From an uncultured Candidatus Saccharibacteria bacterium (GTDB taxonomy: Bacteria; Patescibacteriota; Minisyncoccia; Minisyncoccales; JANBVM01), in contig CAYSZX010000002.1 in assembly GCA_964435835.1 (NCBI GenBank), forward strand, positions 8,282 to 72,281: a stretch of DNA of 64,000 nt. Reading direction: 5' to 3'. How positions within the stretch are numbered: position 1 is the first letter of the stretch; every line of letters starts with the position of its first letter. Made by a program: the position numbers and the translations under genes. This document shows, piece by piece, positions 59,702 through 64,000 of the stretch. Under the pieces are notes generated by a model. The model had not been told where the DNA came from. It searched no databases and saw nothing but the letters and a program-made list of their open reading frames with translations.

Positions 59702-61732
59702 TTATTTTCTTACTTCCCAATTTATATTATTTTCTAAATTTTCAACTATTTTATTATGTAATTTGTCTATCTCATCAGAAGACAAAGTCTTCTCTTGAGA
59801 TTGATAAACAATATGAAAAGCTAAACTCTTTTTTTCATCAGATATTTTCTCATAAATATCAAACAAATCAACGTCATTTATTAACTCCTTTCCCGTATTA
59901 TTTATTACATTTAACACTTCTATTACTTTAACTTTCCGAGGAACTATAATAGATAAATCCCTAACCGCTGTTGGATAAGGAGAAACAGGCTGGTATTCAT
60001 TTTCTTCGGTCATTAATTCCTGTAAAATTTCAAAATCAATATCAAACATTACCACTTTCCCCTTTATATTTAAAGACTTCAAAATTCTTTCTGAGATATG
60101 ACCAATAAAACCAACCTCTTTATTATTAATTCTAATTTCAGCTGATTTATTAATATTCCAAATAGACATTTTACTTTCTTCCGGAGTTGCTTCGTAAGTA
60201 TCATAATAATAATTACTAATTCCCAGTTTTTCCAACAAAACATCAATAATTCCTTTGAGATTGTAAAAAGATTCACTATCTTTCTTTTGAGCAATAAATC
60301 CAGCTAAAGCTTCTTTTTCTCTAGACTTTTTAAATATCTTTCCCAATTCAAATACCTGGAATCTATCAAAATTTTTAAAACCTTCTTTAACATTTTCTAG
60401 AAGATTTGGAATTAAGCTTGGTCGTAAATATTGATATTCAGCACTAATCGGATTATCTGTTTCAACCAATTCTTCTTTTTTATAATCAAATAAATCAGCT
60501 TGGGTTTGATTAATAAAAGAATAATTATAAATCTCAGTAAATTTTAGTTCTTTTAATATGTCTTTAGTTTTATCTTTCCAAAAAATATTGACATTCCTTT
60601 CAGGAAAAGATAAATCTCCAGCAGGAAACCTTTCAGGAATCTTTTGATAACCATAAAGTCTGCCAATCTCTTCAATCAAATCAGCTGGAAGCTTAACATC
60701 TAATCTAAAAGTAGGTATTTCTACTTTAATAACCTCCTTCTTTTCATCTAAAACTTTAAAATGACCTCTTTCTAAAAGATCAACAATTTTCTTTTGAGAA
60801 ATATCTATCCCTAATAAGCTTTGAACGTTTTTCACTCTTAAATTAATATTCCATGGTGATTTTTTCCGAGGATAGATATCAATAACACCCGAAGCTATTT
60901 TTCCTTTGGCTAATTTCTGGATTAATTGAGCCGATCTATCAATAGCTTTTTTAGTTAAATTAGGATCTAATCCATGTTCAAAAACCCAAGAAGCATCTGT
61001 TTTTAAATTAATTTTCTTTGACCCTTTTCTAATTAATGTTCCATCAAAATTAGCTGATTCGATAATAATTACTTTTGTTGAATCAGTAATTCCGGCCTTA
61101 TTACCACCTTTCACTCCAGCAATACCAAGAGGGTCTTTCGGATCGCTAATAATTAAAACATCTTCGTCTAAAAGATATTCTTTATTATCAAAACTAGTAA
61201 CTTTTTCTTTTTCTTTTGCCCGCCTAACGATAATTTTTTGATCAGATATCTTGTCAGCATCAAAGGCATGAAGGGGTTGTCCAGTTTCCAACATTACATA
61301 ATTTAAACTATCAACTACATTATTAATTGGTTGTAAACCCAAAGACTTCAATCTATCCTTCATCCACCTAGGAGAAGGTTTAATTTTTAAATTAGTAATA
61401 GTACGAGCCGTATAACGTAAACAATCTTTTTTATCTTTTATTTCGACATCTATTAAATCTTTTGTTTTCTGACTTTTGTTTTCTTTTAAATCAAATTCTT
61501 TATCTTTTAAATCGAAATCTAAAATAGAAGCAATTTCTCTTGCTATTCCTAAATGACAAAGACAATCAGATCCCCTGTTAGGTCGTACATCTATATCCAG
61601 TAATACATCATCTTCCTTAGTAATAATTTCATCAACTTCAAAACTATGCAAAACAATCAGTTTTGCTAATTTATCTACTTTGGGTAATTTTTTATTAAAA
61701 AATGTTTGTAACCAATTATAGGAAAATAACAT
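59702..61732 (-). CDS. pheT: phenylalanine--tRNA ligase beta subunit (lacks the N-terminal OB-fold tRNA-binding domain)
   Basis: MLFSYNWLQ...FEVDEI runs directly into LDIDVRPNRGDCL; B3/4, B5 and FDX-ACB-like regions are present. It is 676 aa, versus about 790 aa typically. Confidence 0.9.
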   Translation of the reverse strand: MLFSYNWLQTFFNKKLPKVDKLAKLIVLHSFEVDEIITKEDDVLLDIDVRPNRGSDCLCHLGIAREIASILDFDLKDKEFDLKENKSQKTKDLIDVEIKDKKDCLRYTARTITNLKIKPSPRWMKDRLKSLGLQPINNVVDSLNYVMLETGQPLHAFDADKISDQKIIVRRAKEKEKVTSFDNKEYLLDEDVLIISDPKDPLGIAGVKGGNKAGITDSTKVIIIESANFDGTLIRKGSKKINLKTDASWVFEHGLDPNLTKKAIDRSAQLIQKLAKGKIASGVIDIYPRKKSPWNINLRVKNVQSLLGIDISQKKIVDLLERGHFKVLDEKKEVIKVEIPTFRLDVKLPADLIEEIGRLYGYQKIPERFPAGDLSFPERNVNIFWKDKTKDILKELKFTEIYNYSFINQTQADLFDYKKEELVETDNPISAEYQYLRPSLIPNLLENVKEGFKNFDRFQVFELGKIFKKSREKEALAGFIAQKKDSESFYNLKGIIDVLLEKLGISNYYYDTYEATPEESKMSIWNINKSAEIRINNKEVGFIGHISERILKSLNIKGKVVMFDIDFEILQELMTEENEYQPVSPYPTAVRDLSIIVPRKVKVIEVLNVINNTGKELINDVDLFDIYEKISDEKKSLAFHIVYQSQEKTLSSDEIDKLHNKIVENLENNINWEVRK

Positions 61733-61733
61733 A

Positions 61734-62762
61734 TTAAAATTGATTTAAAAACTTCAAATCACTACTATAGAAAAGCCTGATATCGTTTATTTTATATTTA
61801 ATCATTGCTAATCTATCAACTCCAACTCCGAAAGCAAAACCCTGCCATTCTTTAGGATTAACTCCTGAATTCTTAAGAACGTTAGGGTGAACCATTCCTG
61901 CCCCTAAAAGCTCTAACCAACCAGTTCCGCTGCAAGTACTGCACTTCTCTCCTTCTCCTTCACAAACAGGACAAGTACAATCAATTTCAAAAGAAGGTTC
62001 AGTAAAAGGAAAATAGCCAGGTCTAAAACGTGTTTTTATATCCTCATCTTTAAAAAATCTTCTTAAAGAATCAGTCATAATAGTTTTAAGATTGACCACT
62101 GAAACATCTTTATCAACCATCAAGCCCTCAAATTGATAAAAGTTAATTTCATGCCTAGAATCTGTTGCTTCATGTCTAAAAACTCTTCCCGGGACAATAA
62201 TTTTTAATGGCGGTTGATTTTCTTCCATATATCTAACCTGGACAGGCGAAGTATGAGTTCGCATTAAAAATCTCCCTTTAGATGAAGCTTTTTTCTTTAA
62301 AAATAAGGTATCTTGAATATCACGAGCCGGATGATCTTTCTGGAAGTTCAAAGCATCGAAATTATACCATTCATTTTCTATTTGTGGCCCTTCCACTACT
62401 TCAAATCCTGCTTTTTGAAAAATATTAGTTATTTCTCTTTGAGTCTGAGTTAAAGGATGTAAATGACCAATAAGAGGTTTTCTACCAGGAATTGTAACGT
62501 CAATTCCTTTTTCTTTTTTATTACTTTCCAAGGCTAATTCTTTCTTTTTTTTCTCAAATAGTTTTTCTAATTTCTTTTTTAGTTTATTTGCCTTCTTCCC
62601 CTTCTTAATCCTTTCTTTTTCCGGTAAGTCTTTTAATCCTTTTAAAATTAAAGAAAGCTTCCCTTTTTTCCCTAAATAATCCTTAAAAACCCTATTTAAT
62701 TCTTTTAGGGTTTTTGCTTTTTCAATTCTTTTTTCCGCCTTAATTTTAATATTTCCAACCAT
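61734..62762 (-). CDS. pheS: phenylalanine--tRNA ligase alpha subunit
   Basis: HPL, MRTHTSPVQVR, FRPGYFPFTEPS, GAGMVHPNVL, GFAFGVGVDRL. Confidence 0.95.
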   Translation of the reverse strand: MVGNIKIKAEKRIEKAKTLKELNRVFKDYLGKKGKLSLILKGLKDLPEKERIKKGKKANKLKKKLEKLFEKKKKELALESNKKEKGIDVTIPGRKPLIGHLHPLTQTQREITNIFQKAGFEVVEGPQIENEWYNFDALNFQKDHPARDIQDTLFLKKKASSKGRFLMRTHTSPVQVRYMEENQPPLKIIVPGRVFRHEATDSRHEINFYQFEGLMVDKDVSVVNLKTIMTDSLRRFFKDEDIKTRFRPGYFPFTEPSFEIDCTCPVCEGEGEKCSTCSGTGWLELLGAGMVHPNVLKNSGVNPKEWQGFAFGVGVDRLAMIKYKINDIRLFYSSDLKFLNQF

Positions 62763-62837
62763 TTTTTTACTGTTTTAATTTTACCTTAAATAGGCTTAAA
62801 AAGCAACCTTAAAAAAGGCCTATTTTTTAACACTTTT

Positions 62838-63785
62838 CTATCTTAATTGATTAAGTATTTTTTTAACTTTTTCTATACTGTCAAAGTCATAAATAGAGAT
62901 AAAAATCACTTCCTTATTCATTTTTCTAAAACTACTTCTTATTTTTGGAATTCTATTAGAGTCTATTAAATCGCTTTTACTAATAAAAATATATTCTTTT
63001 TTATTTAACAATCTTTGATTGTATTTACCTAATTCTCTTCTAATTGTTTTATAGTCCTTAATTGGTTTTTTTGATTCACCAGAAACCAAATGAAAAAGGA
63101 CTTTAGTTCTTTCAATATGGCGTAGAAATTTAATACCTAACCCTTTTCCTTTAGAGGCTCCTTTAATTAACCCCGGAATATCAGCTAAAATAATTTTATA
63201 ATAAGCACCCAAGTGAGGCTCTAAAGTTGTAAAAGGATAGCTACCAACTTTACTTTTTGCACTAGTTAACTCATTTAATAAACTAGATTTGCCCGAGTTT
63301 GGTAGTCCAATTAAACCAACATCAGCAATAAATTTTAATTCTAAGCCTAATTTACATTTTTCTCCTGGCCTTCCTGGCTGAGCTTCTCTGGGGGTAGTAT
63401 TAGTTGACGATCTTAATAAGAAGTTCCCTTTTCCTCCTTTCCCGCCTCGAGCAACTAAAAGAGCCTGCCCTTCTTCTGTAATTTCATATTGAACTTTCTT
63501 TTTATAATGATAAACAATAGTTCCTATTGGAACTTTTAAATAAACATCTTTACCAGAATGCCCATCTCTAAATTTAGATCTACCATCTTCTCCATCCTCA
63601 GCTTTAATTTTTTTCTTATATCTAAATTGCTTTAGAGCTTCTATATCTCTAATTCCTTTAATATAAACGTCACCGCCTCGACCACCATTGCCTCCCGTCG
63701 GTCCTTTTCCTCTTTGTCGGAAACCAACTGCTCCATCGCCTCCATCACCTGCTGAAACTTTAATTTTTACATTGTCGATTAACAT
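62838..63785 (-). CDS. obg: GTPase Obg
   Basis: Obg fold (MLIDNVKIKVSAGDGGDG...GGRGGDV) and G domain (GLPNSGKSSLL, DIPGLI, SKSD). The preferred start is ATG 63785. Confidence 0.9.
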   Translation of the reverse strand: MLIDNVKIKVSAGDGGDGAVGFRQRGKGPTGGNGGRGGDVYIKGIRDIEALKQFRYKKKIKAEDGEDGRSKFRDGHSGKDVYLKVPIGTIVYHYKKKVQYEITEEGQALLVARGGKGGKGNFLLRSSTNTTPREAQPGRPGEKCKLGLELKFIADVGLIGLPNSGKSSLLNELTSAKSKVGSYPFTTLEPHLGAYYKIILADIPGLIKGASKGKGLGIKFLRHIERTKVLFHLVSGESKKPIKDYKTIRRELGKYNQRLLNKKEYIFISKSDLIDSNRIPKIRSSFRKMNKEVIFISIYDFDSIEKVKKILNQLR

Positions 63786-63823
63786 AATAATTAATATTAA
63801 CAAAAAAAGTATTATTTACAATT

Positions 63824-63846
63824 TAAAAAACCAGCTATGGCTGGTT
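63824..63846 (-). terminator. terminator after the partial upstream gene
   Basis: On the minus strand AACCAGC-CAUA-GCUGGUU is followed by UUUU. Confidence 0.6.
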
Positions 63847-63869
63847 ATTTCTTCAAAAAAACAGAAAGA

Positions 63870-64000
63870 TTATTTTCGTCTATCAGCACTCCAAGCATCA
63901 TCCCACCATGTACTTGGTCTGTGTTTTCTAACCTCTTGAGCTATTTTTTTAGCTAATTTAGTATAAAGTCTTTTTTTGTGTTTATTTTCTTCCTTTGCAC
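63870..64000 (-). CDS. C-terminal 43 codons of an unidentified basic protein (5' end outside the window)
   Basis: Open frame ...AKEENKHKKRLYTKLAKKIAQEVRKHRPSTWWDDAWSADRRK* with stop TAA at 63872-63870. Confidence 0.4.
   Translation of the reverse strand, partial: AKEENKHKKRLYTKLAKKIAQEVRKHRPSTWWDDAWSADRRK

Noticed and set aside
1-64000. A search for CRISPR arrays, rRNA genes, reverse transcriptase/DGR, retron or toxin-antitoxin pairs.
   Set aside because: I saw no regularly spaced direct repeats with unique spacers, no rRNA-like conserved blocks and no RT motif (YxDD) ORF. The only TA-like hint is the weak DUF4258 resemblance of 19288..19650, which has no obvious partner.

Overview
This is an AT-rich (roughly 30% GC by eye, not computed), very gene-dense 64-kb chromosomal segment. 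It holds about 70 protein genes and 6 tRNAs, with no rRNA and no CRISPR array. Most genes lie on the minus strand in long operons with 1-23-nt overlaps. The content is mainly housekeeping: dnaX, dnaB, recR, dnaE, gyrB, cysS, thrS, pheST, gatB, rplU/J/L/K, rpsP, rpmF/G, secE-nusG, nusB, rnc, rnhB, trmD, rlmN, mraZ-rsmH-ftsL-ftsI, mltG, xseAB, obg, and a glyA / thyX-like / tmk / dCMP-deaminase cluster. The proteins are short, lysine-rich and domain-minimised. Together this points to a reduced-genome bacterium, most consistent with Patescibacteria/CPR (Parcubacteria-like); that assignment is inference only. The main observations are these. (1) A ~5-kb segment (23.1-28.1 kb) is bracketed by 59-bp direct repeats. 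It contains a decayed DDE transposase and a promoter-to-terminator cassette: a MurA-family enolpyruvyl transferase translationally coupled to a B12-binding-domain radical SAM enzyme, followed by a DUF218 gene. This is my best candidate for an undescribed small pathway. (2) Three clustered tRNAs (Tyr, Thr, Trp) share a coordinated A18/G55 replacement of the G18:Psi55 elbow pair. (3) A Thr-codon leader peptide with terminator/antiterminator helices sits upstream of thrS. (4) Further items are a MiaB-MiaA fusion, a tandem divergent ThyX-like protein, an ATP-cone/nuclease fusion, a 10-bp-phased MraZ-box array, a degenerate Mur-ligase-like gene, K/E-rich tails on ribosome-associated proteins, and several apparently leaderless transcription units. 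All functional calls come from motif recognition by eye; no database search was run.
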